Source of the DNA: Tannockella kyphosi
GTDB lineage: Bacteria > Bacillota_I > Bacilli_A > Erysipelotrichales > Coprobacillaceae
Length of the DNA: 32,000 bases
Direction: 5' to 3'
NCBI RefSeq assembly: GCF_021054785.1
Contig: NZ_CP088239.1
Location: forward strand, 1,830,001 to 1,862,000
The translations under genes were made by a program, and so were the position numbers. The notes beneath the pieces are model-generated. The model was not told the DNA's origin and ran no database searches. It saw only the letters and a list, made by a program, of their open reading frames with translations. Positions 17,260 to 27,120 of the stretch are shown in pieces (within the stretch, counting starts at the first letter, position 1; every line of letters starts with the position of its first letter).

Positions 17260-18419
17260 CGATTATCTAAAAATGCTTTAATTTTAATAACTGCCTCTTT
17301 AATCTCTTCGATGCTATAAGCATAAGAAACACGAATAAATCCTTCTCCTGCTTTTCCAAAAGCAGTACCAGGGACACAAGCTACTAATTGTTCTTTTAGT
17401 AGTTCTTCACAGAATTGTTCTGATGTAAGTCCTGTTGATTTTATACAAGGGAAAACATAGAAAGCTCCTTGGGGCATAAATGTTTTTAATCCCATATCAT
17501 TAAATGCTTTAACAATATAATTACGACGTAATTTATATTGTTCTACCATTTTTACAACTTCATTATCACAATTTTTCATTGCTTCAATAGCTCCATATTG
17601 AGCTGCAGTTGGTGCTGACATAATAACATATTGATGTATTTTATTCATTGCCGCAATAAGATCAGTATGTCCACAAACATATCCTAGTCTCCATCCAGTC
17701 ATAGCATAAGCTTTTGAATAACCACTAATTAAGATTACTTGATCTTTTATTTCTGGAAAACTAGCCGGTGATACAAATTCTTGTTCATAACTTAATTCAG
17801 CGTAAATCTCATCACTAATTACAATAATTCCAGATTCTTTAATAATCGGAACTATCTTTTGATAGTCTTCTTTTGTCATAAACCCACCTGTAGGATTACT
17901 AGGGAAGTTTAATAAGATTGCTTTTGTTTTGTCAGTGATAGCTGCTTTTAATAATTCTGGTGTTAGTTTGAAATTATTATCTTCTTTTAGTTCAATCGTA
18001 ACTTCTTTGCCACCAGCTAATTGTACTCCTGGTGTATAAGCAACATAACTAGGTTGTAATAGAATAACTTCATCTCCTGGATTAATTAAAGTACGAAAAG
18101 CGATATCAATGGCTTCTGATCCACCTACTGTAACAATAATATTATCTTCATAGTCATATTGTAATTGAAATCTTCTGTTTAAATATTTTGATATTTCTTG
18201 GCGTAATTGTGGTAATCCTTGGTTTGCAGTATAAAATGTTTTCCCTGTTTCAATCGAATAAATCGCTGCTTCACGAATACTCCAAGGTGTGTCAAAATCT
18301 GGTTCTCCCACACCCAGTGAAATAACACCTTCCATTTTACTTGCAAGATCAAAGAATTTACGAATACCACTAGGTGCAATCGATTTTACTTTATCACTTA
18401 AGACATCTTGCATATTCAT
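17253..18419 (-). CDS. Class I/II PLP-dependent aminotransferase (AlaT/AspC-like)
   Basis: 388 aa. LGVGEPDF, NPTG, and the PLP-lysine context SGYSKAYAMTGWRLGY. Pairing with an upstream Lrp-type regulator resembles the B. subtilis alaR-alaT arrangement. Confidence 0.85.
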   Translation of the reverse strand: MNMQDVLSDKVKSIAPSGIRKFFDLASKMEGVISLGVGEPDFDTPWSIREAAIYSIETGKTFYTANQGLPQLRQEISKYLNRRFQLQYDYEDNIIVTVGGSEAIDIAFRTLINPGDEVILLQPSYVAYTPGVQLAGGKEVTIELKEDNNFKLTPELLKAAITDKTKAILLNFPSNPTGGFMTKEDYQKIVPIIKESGIIVISDEIYAELSYEQEFVSPASFPEIKDQVILISGYSKAYAMTGWRLGYVCGHTDLIAAMNKIHQYVIMSAPTAAQYGAIEAMKNCDNEVVKMVEQYKLRRNYIVKAFNDMGLKTFMPQGAFYVFPCIKSTGLTSEQFCEELLKEQLVACVPGTAFGKAGEGFIRVSYAYSIEEIKEAVIKIKAFLDNRK

Positions 18420-18919
18420 TATGGAGTTACCAATAATCTTTCATTATCATCATAATTATCATCTGTATCTAAAATTACACCATTTTTCTTATATTGTTTT
18501 AAAACAAATAAAGTTGCAGTTCCTGTAACTCCTTCAATAGGAGCTAGTTTTCTACCTACAAAGTGAGCAATTTCTTGCATTGTTTTACCTTCCACATTTA
18601 CTATAAATTCTGCAGCACTACCAGATAGTAAACTCATTGATTCTACTTCATTATACATATAAATTCTTTTTGCAATACGATCATAACCATGTTCTCTTTC
18701 TGGACTACAGCTTACTTGAATAGTTGCATGTACTTTTTCAGTACATGATTTATCCCAATTAATTAATGTGTGATAGCCACATATTACTTTTTTGTCTTCT
18801 AATTCTTTTAATGAGTTTGTAATTACTTCTTCACTTTCATTTAATGCCATTGATAAGTCTGTTATCGTACACTTAGCATTTTTTTCTATAAAAGATAAAA
18901 GGTCTAATTCTGTCATCAT
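18419..18919 (-). CDS. Lrp/AsnC-family transcriptional regulator
   Basis: 166 aa. N-terminal HTH (..NAKCTITDLSMALNESEEVITNSLKELEDKKVI.GY) plus a C-terminal RAM/ACT-like domain. Its stop overlaps the aminotransferase start (TAATG). Confidence 0.75.
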   Translation of the reverse strand: MMTELDLLSFIEKNAKCTITDLSMALNESEEVITNSLKELEDKKVICGYHTLINWDKSCTEKVHATIQVSCSPEREHGYDRIAKRIYMYNEVESMSLLSGSAAEFIVNVEGKTMQEIAHFVGRKLAPIEGVTGTATLFVLKQYKKNGVILDTDDNYDDNERLLVTP

Positions 18920-19024
18920 AAATTCCCCCTATATATTGAATTCATTATATACCATTTTTATAGCTAGGTAAAGATGCTTTTCATTCTCTATTATGATAAA
19001 ATAGGCTTATATGGAGGTATTTTT

Positions 19025-20038
19025 ATGGCTATTTATTATGTTGCAAGTTATGGGAAGGATGATTTAAAAGGGATCTATTTGATTGATTATGTTGATGAAC
19101 AATTATCTTTGATTGGTCATCTTCCTACAAAGGATTATCCTAGTTATTTAATAAAACAGGAAGATAAAATATATGCTAGTTTAAAAGATGCTAGTAACAA
19201 GAAAAATGGTGGTGGAGTTGCTTGTTTTTCTATTCAAGAAGATGCTTTAACATTTACACAAAAGATAGATGGACTAGGAATATCTTATACGCATTTATGC
19301 ATTAGTGATGAGCCAGCTTATTTATTTACTGCTAACTATCATGGTGGAACTACTTCTAGTTATCAACTAGATACTCCTAGTTATCCAATTCATTGTAAGG
19401 AACATCTTGGATCAGGTCCCGATGCCCTGCAAAGACAAACTAGTGCCCATGTTCATTGTGTTGGGATCACTCCTGATAAAGAATATCTATTTGCTGTTGA
19501 TTTAGGAAGTGACAAGGTTGTTATGTATCAATATAAAGAAGGTATTTTAAAAGAAAACCCCTTACTTTCTTTGCATGTTACACCAGGTTCCGGTCCTCGT
19601 CATCTGATTTTTTCAGATGATGGAAAGTTTGCTTATCTTGTTAATGAAATAAGTAATTCTGTATGTGTCTATCGTTATGATGGGAAATTTCATTTTCTTC
19701 AAGAGTTATCTACCCTTCCCAATGATTACCAAGAGGTCTCTAGTGCTTCGGCTATCAAGTTATCAAATGATAATAAACACTTATTTATCAGCAATCGTGG
19801 ACATAACTCCATTATGGCCTATGCTAGAAATAATCAAACCGGCTTATTAACTACACTTTGTTACACTCCTGTTGGAAATTGTCCTAGAGATATTTATATT
19901 ACAGAAAATAATGATATTCTAGTTGGGGCACAAGATGATAATCGCATAGAAGTATATAAATTTAATGTTAATTTAAAAACGATTACTCCAACATACCACT
20001 ATTTAGAAATACCTCAACCAGTATGTATTATCAAGTAA
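19025..20038 (+). CDS. 7-bladed beta-propeller lactonase (Pgl/YbhE-like 6-phosphogluconolactonase family)
   Basis: Start moved to the ATG at 19025 (GGAGG at 19014-19018). The track ORF start at 18974 would include the predicted TGATAAAAT -10. Family-typical motifs H.H....PD..Y.F..DLG.D and PGSGPRHL.F. are present. Confidence 0.7.
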   Translation: MAIYYVASYGKDDLKGIYLIDYVDEQLSLIGHLPTKDYPSYLIKQEDKIYASLKDASNKKNGGGVACFSIQEDALTFTQKIDGLGISYTHLCISDEPAYLFTANYHGGTTSSYQLDTPSYPIHCKEHLGSGPDALQRQTSAHVHCVGITPDKEYLFAVDLGSDKVVMYQYKEGILKENPLLSLHVTPGSGPRHLIFSDDGKFAYLVNEISNSVCVYRYDGKFHFLQELSTLPNDYQEVSSASAIKLSNDNKHLFISNRGHNSIMAYARNNQTGLLTTLCYTPVGNCPRDIYITENNDILVGAQDDNRIEVYKFNVNLKTITPTYHYLEIPQPVCIIK

Positions 20039-20068
20039 AAGAAGAAACTCTTATTGAGTTTCTTCTTT
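20038..20068. terminator. Bidirectional terminator between the lactonase and flavodiiron genes
   Basis: AAAGAAGAAACTC-TTATT-GAGTTTCTTCTTT. It overlaps the last codons of the minus-strand gene. Confidence 0.7.
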
Positions 20069-21259
20069 TCTTGCTGCTATTATTTCTGCTACAAATTGTT
20101 CGATGTTTTCTGTTCCATTTAAAGATGATTTCACTGTTAACTTTGTTTCTAACACCGTTATATTTTTCATCTTTTCTAATTTAGCCATTACTAGCTTATT
20201 TGCCATACTTGCCCAAGTACCATTTTCTACTAATCCAATCACACGATTTTTTAATCCTAATGCAACCATGTCTTCTATTAAAGCATCCATTTTAGGAAAT
20301 ATCCCATTATTGTAAGTTGGTGTTGCTAAAACGATCGTTTTACAACGCCACATATGTCCAATAATATAAGAAATATCTGTTTTTGATACATCAAAGACAG
20401 TTATGTTTTTTACACCTTGTTGTCCTAATTTATTGGCAAGAATATTTACTGCATTTTCAGTATTACCATAAATAGATCCATAAACAATCATCACATCTTC
20501 TTGTTCTGGTAAATAACTTGACCATAATGAATATTTCTCTACAAAATAAGATATATCTTTATCCCAAACAACTCCGTGTAGCGGACATAACATTTCTATT
20601 TCTAAAGGACTTACTTTTTTCAATACAGATTGTACTTGTAGTCCAAATTTTCCAACTATATTAGCGTAATATCTTCTAGCTTCCTCTAACCATGCATGTT
20701 TATAATCAATATCACTATTAAATAAGTTCCCATTTAAAGCTCCAAAACTACCAAAAGCATCACTACTAAATAATGCTTTTTCTTCTGGTACATAGGTCAT
20801 CATTACTTCTGGCCAATGGACCATTGGTGCCATAATGAATTGTAATGTTGTTTCTCCTAATGATATTTGATCTCCTTCTTTTACTAATTGTAGGTGATTT
20901 GTAAAATCATAATTAAAAAATTGTTGTAACATAGGTACTGTTTTTTGTGTTGCAATGATTTTTATATTTGGGTATTGTTGGACTAAGTCTTTAATACAAG
21001 CACAATGATCTGGTTCCATATGTTGTATTACTAAATAATCTGGACTTCTCCCTTTTAATACTGATTCGATGTTTTCAAAGAATTGACGACTAATACTGTG
21101 ATCAACTGTATCGATGATTGCAAGTTTTTCATCTTCAATGAAGTAAGAATTATATGCTACTCCATTTTCTACAGGAAAAAGATTTTCGAACATTGTAATG
21201 CGACGATCATCTCCACCGATATAATATATTTTATTTGTTACCTTTCTTATACATTCCAT
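20051..21259 (-). CDS. FprA-type flavodiiron protein (metallo-beta-lactamase-like plus flavodoxin domains)
   Basis: Di-iron motif HMEPDH. Flavodoxin-type motif VYGSIYGNTE in the C-terminal domain. Start placed at the ATG at 21259 (GGAGGG 7 nt upstream) rather than the track start at 21286. Confidence 0.8.
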   Translation of the reverse strand: MECIRKVTNKIYYIGGDDRRITMFENLFPVENGVAYNSYFIEDEKLAIIDTVDHSISRQFFENIESVLKGRSPDYLVIQHMEPDHCACIKDLVQQYPNIKIIATQKTVPMLQQFFNYDFTNHLQLVKEGDQISLGETTLQFIMAPMVHWPEVMMTYVPEEKALFSSDAFGSFGALNGNLFNSDIDYKHAWLEEARRYYANIVGKFGLQVQSVLKKVSPLEIEMLCPLHGVVWDKDISYFVEKYSLWSSYLPEQEDVMIVYGSIYGNTENAVNILANKLGQQGVKNITVFDVSKTDISYIIGHMWRCKTIVLATPTYNNGIFPKMDALIEDMVALGLKNRVIGLVENGTWASMANKLVMAKLEKMKNITVLETKLTVKSSLNGTENIEQFVAEIIAARKEETQ

Positions 21260-21320
21260 TGAACTTCCCTCCACGATTTGAATCATAACATAGTATATAT
21301 AGGAATGCTAATTTAATGAT

Positions 21321-21349
21321 AAAAAAATGGTATTTTATACCATTTTTTC
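21321..21349 (-). terminator. Terminator of the GGDEF gene
   Basis: AAAAAAATGGTA-TTTTA-TACCATTTTTT. The symmetric A/T flanks make it usable on the minus strand. Confidence 0.65.
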
Positions 21350-21354
21350 TATCA

Positions 21355-22503
21355 TTATTGTTTTTTATGTTGATACATTAATTCATCTGCTCTAAGACAA
21401 GTATCTTCTAAATCTTGATCGATCTTTTTGTCATACACGCAAGCACCAATAGAAATAGAACATTCCATATTTGGATATATTGTTTGAGAACTAATTTTTG
21501 AGGAACAATCATTCATGAATTGAATTAATTTTTCATCACTAGCCTCTTTTACAATGATTAAGAATTCATCTCCACCAATACGATATGCAACCATATTTTC
21601 TTTCATTGATTCTTTTATGCAATCTCCAACTAATCGTATATAATCATCTCCAGCACTATGTCCTAGTTCATCATTAACTTTTTTAAGATGATTGATATCT
21701 GCTGTAATAATACCAATGTCGCTAATCGAACCACGACCAGATAGATTATTTAAATCAACATCAAAAGCATTTCTATTCTTTAAACCTGTTGGTAAATCTT
21801 GAGTAGCCATATCCATATATAATGGATTTGATATTCGTTTAAAAATAGAAATAGATACGATACTAGCAAGTATTGATAATAACGTGATAATCAATGGAAC
21901 AAACCCAATTAGATTTTGATAAGTTTCATAGATTTCACTAGCGTCAAACTCAATTCCTAAGACACCAATAATGGCACCAGTATCATCATGAACTGGAAAA
22001 TAAGCAACAAAAATATCTCCCCAATCCGTATGAACAATCCCATCTGGTAAGACATATTCACCACTTAGTGCACGTTGCATATCTTCTATTATTTCTGTTT
22101 CTATGGCATCTCCAGGAATACGAAAATCTTGATCGGATTCTAATCCATCTATGACATAAATGAAATTACCAGAAGCATCTTCTTTTGCTGTATATAGATA
22201 TAGTACTCCTGCACTATTTTTCATTTGTAATAAGCTATCTTTAGCTTCTTGATACAATGTAGTATCCATATCATCTATGGAATCGATAGATAAGAATGTA
22301 TCCATATCCAATGTTTCTTCAACCGCATCATATAGTGCATAGACACGTTCTTCTAACGAAACCATCATTACTTGGAATGTAAAATTCCAATAAATAATAG
22401 ATGTTGTTAATGTGGCAATAAAAGTAAATAAAAATACTATGATGGACACTTGTATGTCCACTCTTGCAATAAGTTTGCGGATACCTGTTTGACTCTTTGA
22501 CAT
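21355..22503 (-). CDS. Membrane-anchored diguanylate cyclase (two TM helices flanking a periplasmic-type sensor domain, then GGDEF)
   Basis: 382 aa. GGDEF domain with an intact RIGGDEF active site and the upstream D.N.LK..ND..GH..GD motif. GGGAGG lies 4 nt upstream of the ATG. Confidence 0.8.
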   Translation of the reverse strand: MSKSQTGIRKLIARVDIQVSIIVFLFTFIATLTTSIIYWNFTFQVMMVSLEERVYALYDAVEETLDMDTFLSIDSIDDMDTTLYQEAKDSLLQMKNSAGVLYLYTAKEDASGNFIYVIDGLESDQDFRIPGDAIETEIIEDMQRALSGEYVLPDGIVHTDWGDIFVAYFPVHDDTGAIIGVLGIEFDASEIYETYQNLIGFVPLIITLLSILASIVSISIFKRISNPLYMDMATQDLPTGLKNRNAFDVDLNNLSGRGSISDIGIITADINHLKKVNDELGHSAGDDYIRLVGDCIKESMKENMVAYRIGGDEFLIIVKEASDEKLIQFMNDCSSKISSQTIYPNMECSISIGACVYDKKIDQDLEDTCLRADELMYQHKKQ

Positions 22504-22649
22504 GATACCTCCCTATATGTTGTTATACAAAAATAATTGTTTATACCCTTACCCTAAAAGCATACCTATTTGGTAGATTTTATTTATACATTCTAACATA
22601 GATAACTATTTATTGTCCATTAATTCACTGTTTTCTTTTTTAACATAAG

Positions 22650-22675
22650 AAAAAACTGTCTAACATGACAGTTTT
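22650..22675 (-). terminator. Terminator of carAB
   Basis: Minus strand AAAACTGTC-ATGTTA-GACAGTTTT followed by a T-run, 7 nt after the carB stop. Confidence 0.7.
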
Positions 22676-22681
22676 ATATCT

Positions 22682-25600
22682 TTATTTAAGTTTTGTAATG
22701 TCTACTAATGATGTGTCTCCACTATGACGTTTTTCTAAACTTGTAATTAATGCTGCTGCAGTATCTAATGATGTGAAAATTGGGATACCTGCTTCTACTG
22801 CAAATCTACGAATTACAAATCCATCTTTTAAGTTATCATTTCTAGTTGGAATATCAATAATTAAGTCCACTGTATCTGTTAACATTAAATCAAATAATGT
22901 ATTTGTTTTTGCATCAATACGATTTACGAAATTGACTGGTACTTCATTTTCTTTTAAGAAGTTATAAGTACCTTCTGTAGCATATAAATCATATCCAAAC
23001 ATATAGTATTGTTTTGCAATAGGTAAGAATTCTTCTTTTGCACTATCTTTTACTGTACAAATAATATTCTTTTTCTTAGGTAAACTAACACCTGAACCAA
23101 TGAATGCTTTGTAGATAGCTTCATCATAGTTTGTTGAGATACCTAATACTTCACCTGTTGATTTCATTTCAGGGCCTAAGCTAATTTCAGCACCTTTGAT
23201 TTTTTCAAAAGAGAATACTGGCATTTTAATTGCGATTGTTTCTTTTTCTGGTGCTAAACCATAAGCATATCCTTGTTCCCCAATAGATTTACCCATAATA
23301 ACTTGTGTTGCAACATCTACTACTGGAATATCTGTTACTTTTGAGATGTATGGAATTGTTCTACTTGAACGAGGGTTTACTTCGATTACATATACTTGAT
23401 CTTGGTATACGATAAATTGAATGTTAATTAAACCAATAACATTTAATTCTTTTGCAAGTCTTGCTGTGTAATCTACAATCGTATCTTTCATTTCTTGTTT
23501 GATTTTTTGAGTTGGATAAACTGAAATACTATCTCCAGAGTGAACTCCAGCACGTTCCACATGCTCCATTACACCAGGAATTAAAATTCCATGTTCATCA
23601 CAAATAGCATCTACTTCTACTTCTTTCCCTGCTAAGTATTTATCAATTAAGATTGGATGTTCTTGGAATTGACGGTGGATAATTTTCATGAATTTTTTAA
23701 TATCTCCATCGTTTAAAGCAATTTCCATACCAGCTCCACCTAATACATAAGAAGGTCTTACTAATACTGGATATTGTAATTCATTAGCAACTTTAATAGC
23801 TTCTTCTGTTGTAAATACTGTTGATCCTTTTGGACGAGCAATTTTACAATTTTCTAATACTTGATCAAATCTTTCTCTATCTTCTGCTGCATCTACATCA
23901 TCTGCAGATGTTCCTAAAATCTTAACACCCATATCCATTAATGCTTTTGTTAGTTTGATTGCTGTTTGTCCACCAAACTGTACAATAGCACCATCTGGTT
24001 TTTCAACATCTACAATACTTTCTACATCTTCTGGAGTTAATGGTTCAAAATATAAACGATCCGCAATATCAAAGTCTGTACTTACTGTTTCAGGGTTGTT
24101 GTTTACAATAATTGTATCATAACCAGCTTCTTTTAATGCCCATACACAATGTACTGAACAGTAATCAAATTCAATACCTTGGCCTATACGAATTGGTCCA
24201 GAACCTAATACCATGATTTTTTTCTTAGTTTGTTGAGGAGCTACTTCATTATAACCACCATGTACTGAGTAGAAATAAGGTGTTGATGCATCAAATTCTG
24301 CTGCACAAGTATCTACTACTTTGTATGCTGAAGTAATTCCATTTTCTTTACGCATTGCGTGAATTTCTTTTTCTGTTTTATTTACAAATTCTCCAATAAC
24401 TTTATCTGGGAATTGTAATCTTTTTGCTGCTTTTAATAATTCTATATCAAGAGGTGTTGTTTTTAATGTTTCTTCCATTTCTACTAAACGTAAGATTTTA
24501 TCAATAAACCAAACATCAATTTTCGTAATTTCATTGATTTCTTCGATACTAATTCCTGCACGAAGAGCATGAGCTACAGCAAAGATTCTTTGATCATCAA
24601 CATCTTTTAATTTTGTTCTTAAAAAATCAACATCTTTCCCATCTAATTCAGGTAAGTATAAATGATAAACATTTTGTTCTAAAGAACGTAATGCTTTCAT
24701 TAATGCTCCTTCAAAGTTGTTACAAATAGACATTACTTCTCCTGTTGCTTTCATTTGTGTTCCTAATGCTCTAGAAGCATCTACAAATTTATCAAAAGGC
24801 CATTTTGGAATCTTACATACAATATAGTCTAATGTTGGTTCATAAGAAGCATATGTTTTTCCTGTTACTGCATTTATGATTTCATCTAATGTATATCCTA
24901 AAGCAATTTTGGCTGCTAATTTAGCGATTGGATACCCTGTTGCTTTTGATGCAAGTGCTGAAGAACGACTTACACGAGGGTTTACCTCGATAACACAATA
25001 TTCAAAGCTTTCTGGATGTAGTGCATATTGTACGTTACATCCACCTTGGATATCTAAGGCAGTAATAATATTTAATGCTGAAGTACGTAACATTTGATAT
25101 TCTTTATCTGATAAAGTTTGACTTGGAGCTACTACGATACTATCTCCTGTATGAACTCCTACAGGGTCTAAGTTTTCCATATTACATACGGTAATGCAGT
25201 TTCCAGCACTATCTCTCATTACTTCATATTCGATTTCTTTCCAACCTGAAATACAACGTTCAATTAAACATTGTGTAACACGTGATAAACGTAATCCATT
25301 TGAACAGATATCATGTAGTTCTTTGCTATCATAAGCAATCCCTCCACCTGTTCCACCTAGTGTATAGGCAGGTCTTACTACTACTGGATAACCTATTTCT
25401 TTTGCAAATTCTAAAGCATCATCTACATCTGTTACTACTAAGCTGGCAGCACATGGTTCTTTGATATCTTCCATTAATGTTTTGAATTCAAGACGGTCTT
25501 CTGCTTTTTTAATTGTATCTGTGTTTGTACCAATTGTACGTACATTATTTGCTTCTAAGAATCCTTCATCCGCTAAAGCCATTGCAATATTTAATGCATT

Positions 25601-25879
25601 TTGACCACCTAATGTTGGTAAAATACTATCTGGTTTTTCTTTAATAATTAAGCTTTTTACAACAGGTACCGTTAAAGGTTCGATATATACTTTATCTGCA
25701 ATATCTTTATCTGTCATAATTGTAGCAGGGTTTGAGTTAATTAATACTACTTCTAACCCTTCTTCTTTTAAAGCACGACATGCTTGTGTTCCAGCATAGT
25801 CAAACTCTGCTGCTTGGCCGATAATAATTGGTCCTGAACCAATTACTAAAACTTTTTTTATACTTGTATCTTTTGGCAT
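22682..25879 (-). CDS. carB: Carbamoyl-phosphate synthase large subunit
   Basis: 1065 aa. N-terminus MPK..IKKVLVIGSGPI.IGQA.EFDY.G.QA, a duplicated ATP-grasp halves pattern, and a C-terminal MGS-like domain. Confidence 0.95.
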   Translation of the reverse strand: MPKDTSIKKVLVIGSGPIIIGQAAEFDYAGTQACRALKEEGLEVVLINSNPATIMTDKDIADKVYIEPLTVPVVKSLIIKEKPDSILPTLGGQNALNIAMALADEGFLEANNVRTIGTNTDTIKKAEDRLEFKTLMEDIKEPCAASLVVTDVDDALEFAKEIGYPVVVRPAYTLGGTGGGIAYDSKELHDICSNGLRLSRVTQCLIERCISGWKEIEYEVMRDSAGNCITVCNMENLDPVGVHTGDSIVVAPSQTLSDKEYQMLRTSALNIITALDIQGGCNVQYALHPESFEYCVIEVNPRVSRSSALASKATGYPIAKLAAKIALGYTLDEIINAVTGKTYASYEPTLDYIVCKIPKWPFDKFVDASRALGTQMKATGEVMSICNNFEGALMKALRSLEQNVYHLYLPELDGKDVDFLRTKLKDVDDQRIFAVAHALRAGISIEEINEITKIDVWFIDKILRLVEMEETLKTTPLDIELLKAAKRLQFPDKVIGEFVNKTEKEIHAMRKENGITSAYKVVDTCAAEFDASTPYFYSVHGGYNEVAPQQTKKKIMVLGSGPIRIGQGIEFDYCSVHCVWALKEAGYDTIIVNNNPETVSTDFDIADRLYFEPLTPEDVESIVDVEKPDGAIVQFGGQTAIKLTKALMDMGVKILGTSADDVDAAEDRERFDQVLENCKIARPKGSTVFTTEEAIKVANELQYPVLVRPSYVLGGAGMEIALNDGDIKKFMKIIHRQFQEHPILIDKYLAGKEVEVDAICDEHGILIPGVMEHVERAGVHSGDSISVYPTQKIKQEMKDTIVDYTARLAKELNVIGLINIQFIVYQDQVYVIEVNPRSSRTIPYISKVTDIPVVDVATQVIMGKSIGEQGYAYGLAPEKETIAIKMPVFSFEKIKGAEISLGPEMKSTGEVLGISTNYDEAIYKAFIGSGVSLPKKKNIICTVKDSAKEEFLPIAKQYYMFGYDLYATEGTYNFLKENEVPVNFVNRIDAKTNTLFDLMLTDTVDLIIDIPTRNDNLKDGFVIRRFAVEAGIPIFTSLDTAAALITSLEKRHSGDTSLVDITKLK

Positions 25880-25880
25880 A

Positions 25881-26951
25881 TTATTGGACCTCCATCATTT
25901 TCATAAATTCTTCAAATAATGCGTCTGTGTCTAAAGGACCTGCGCATGCTTCAGGGTGGAATTGAACTGTTTTTATATTTTCTTGTGTGTATTCCATACC
26001 TTCTATTGTTTTATCGTTTACATTTACAAACCATGGTTTTGCGATAGTACTATCGATTGATTCTGGATTGATAACATAGTTATGGTTTTGTGTTGAAATA
26101 TATACTCTTCCTGATACTAAATCTTTTACTGGATGGTTAGCACCGTGATGACCATATTTCATTTTTTCTGTTTTAAAATCATGTGCCAAGGCCATTAATT
26201 GATGTCCTAAACAAATCGCAAAAATAGGTGTTTTCATTTTACGTAATGCTTTGATTTCTTCGATGATTTCTACGCATTCAGCTGGATCTCCAGGACCATT
26301 TGATAACATGATTCCATCAACATTTAATTCTTTAATAACACTAGCTTTTGTACTAGCAGGAACTACTGTTACTTTACATCCTCTTTTTACTAAACTCTTA
26401 GCAATATTAGTTTTTGCTCCAAAGTCATATAAAGCAATATGTTTTGAACCTTCTCCTAATGTATAGATTTCTTTACATGTTGTTTGTTCTACTACACCTG
26501 TTACAGTAAAGGCACGAATTTTTGTCAACACTTCTTGTAAATCTTCATAATAAGTTGTTGTGATCATACCATTCATACACCCTTGATTACGAATGATTTT
26601 GGTAATATGACGAGTATCAATTCCTTGAATACCAGGAATTCCATTTTCAATTAGATAATCTTCTAAATCAATATTTTTTCTAAAGTTACTTCCTAGTCTA
26701 GCAAGTTCATTTACAATAAACCCTTCTACATGTGGTTTACTAGATTCTTGATCTTCTAAACATACTCCGTAATTTCCAATTAAAGGATAAGTCATAACTA
26801 CTGATTGTCCTGCATATGATGGGTCAGTTAGTACTTCTAAATATCCTGTCATTGAAGTATTAAATACAAATTCACTAATTACTTCTTTTTGTGCTCCAAT
26901 GCTTTCCCCAGTGAATACACTTCCGTCTTCTAAAATTAAGTATGCTTTCAT
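25881..26951 (-). CDS. carA: Carbamoyl-phosphate synthase small (glutaminase) subunit
   Basis: 356 aa. LTDPSY.GQ, catalytic Cys context ICLGHQL, and late H.E (VQFHPEA). Its stop is 1 nt before the carB start. Confidence 0.95.
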   Translation of the reverse strand: MKAYLILEDGSVFTGESIGAQKEVISEFVFNTSMTGYLEVLTDPSYAGQSVVMTYPLIGNYGVCLEDQESSKPHVEGFIVNELARLGSNFRKNIDLEDYLIENGIPGIQGIDTRHITKIIRNQGCMNGMITTTYYEDLQEVLTKIRAFTVTGVVEQTTCKEIYTLGEGSKHIALYDFGAKTNIAKSLVKRGCKVTVVPASTKASVIKELNVDGIMLSNGPGDPAECVEIIEEIKALRKMKTPIFAICLGHQLMALAHDFKTEKMKYGHHGANHPVKDLVSGRVYISTQNHNYVINPESIDSTIAKPWFVNVNDKTIEGMEYTQENIKTVQFHPEACAGPLDTDALFEEFMKMMEVQ

Positions 26952-26974
26952 GTCCTGCTCCTTTCAAATGCCAT

Positions 26975-27000
26975 AAAAAAACATATCTATAAGATATGTT
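26975..27000 (-). terminator. Weak terminator/attenuator hairpin between the leader ORF and carA
   Basis: Minus strand A-ACATATC-TTATA-GATATGT-T followed by about five more Ts. The stem is 8 bp with only 2 G:C pairs. Its 5' arm begins inside the leader-ORF stop codon. The carA SD (AAAGGAG) and ATG follow within about 25 nt. Confidence 0.45.
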
Positions 27001-27091
27001 AACTATAAAAACAATTACAAAAGAATGGTAAAAAATATGTCTTCACAAATACATTATCTGATTCTTTAACCACCTTGATATATGCGTTCAT
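26999..27091 (-). CDS. Candidate 30-codon leader peptide upstream of carAB (MNAYIKVVKESDNVFVKTYFLPFFCNCFYS)
   Basis: AAGGAGG (27105-27099), 7 nt, ATG (27091). The ORF is too short for the ORF track. The U-rich 3' half contains T6, T4 and T5 runs. Confidence 0.45.
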   Translation of the reverse strand: MNAYIKVVKESDNVFVKTYFLPFFCNCFYS

Positions 27092-27120
27092 ACTCTTACC
27101 TCCTTTATTTTATCTTTGTT

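Noticed and set aside
18974-19024. The track start of the lactonase ORF at 18974 (MLFILYYDKIGLYGGIF..).
   Set aside because: This stretch contains the likely promoter (TGATAAAAT extended -10) and the GGAGG at 19014-19018 that serves the ATG at 19025. The extra 17 residues look like translated leader sequence.
21260-21286. The track start of the flavodiiron ORF at 21286 (MIQIVEGSS..).
   Set aside because: GGAGGG lies inside these codons, 7 nt upstream of the ATG at 21259, so the downstream start is preferred.
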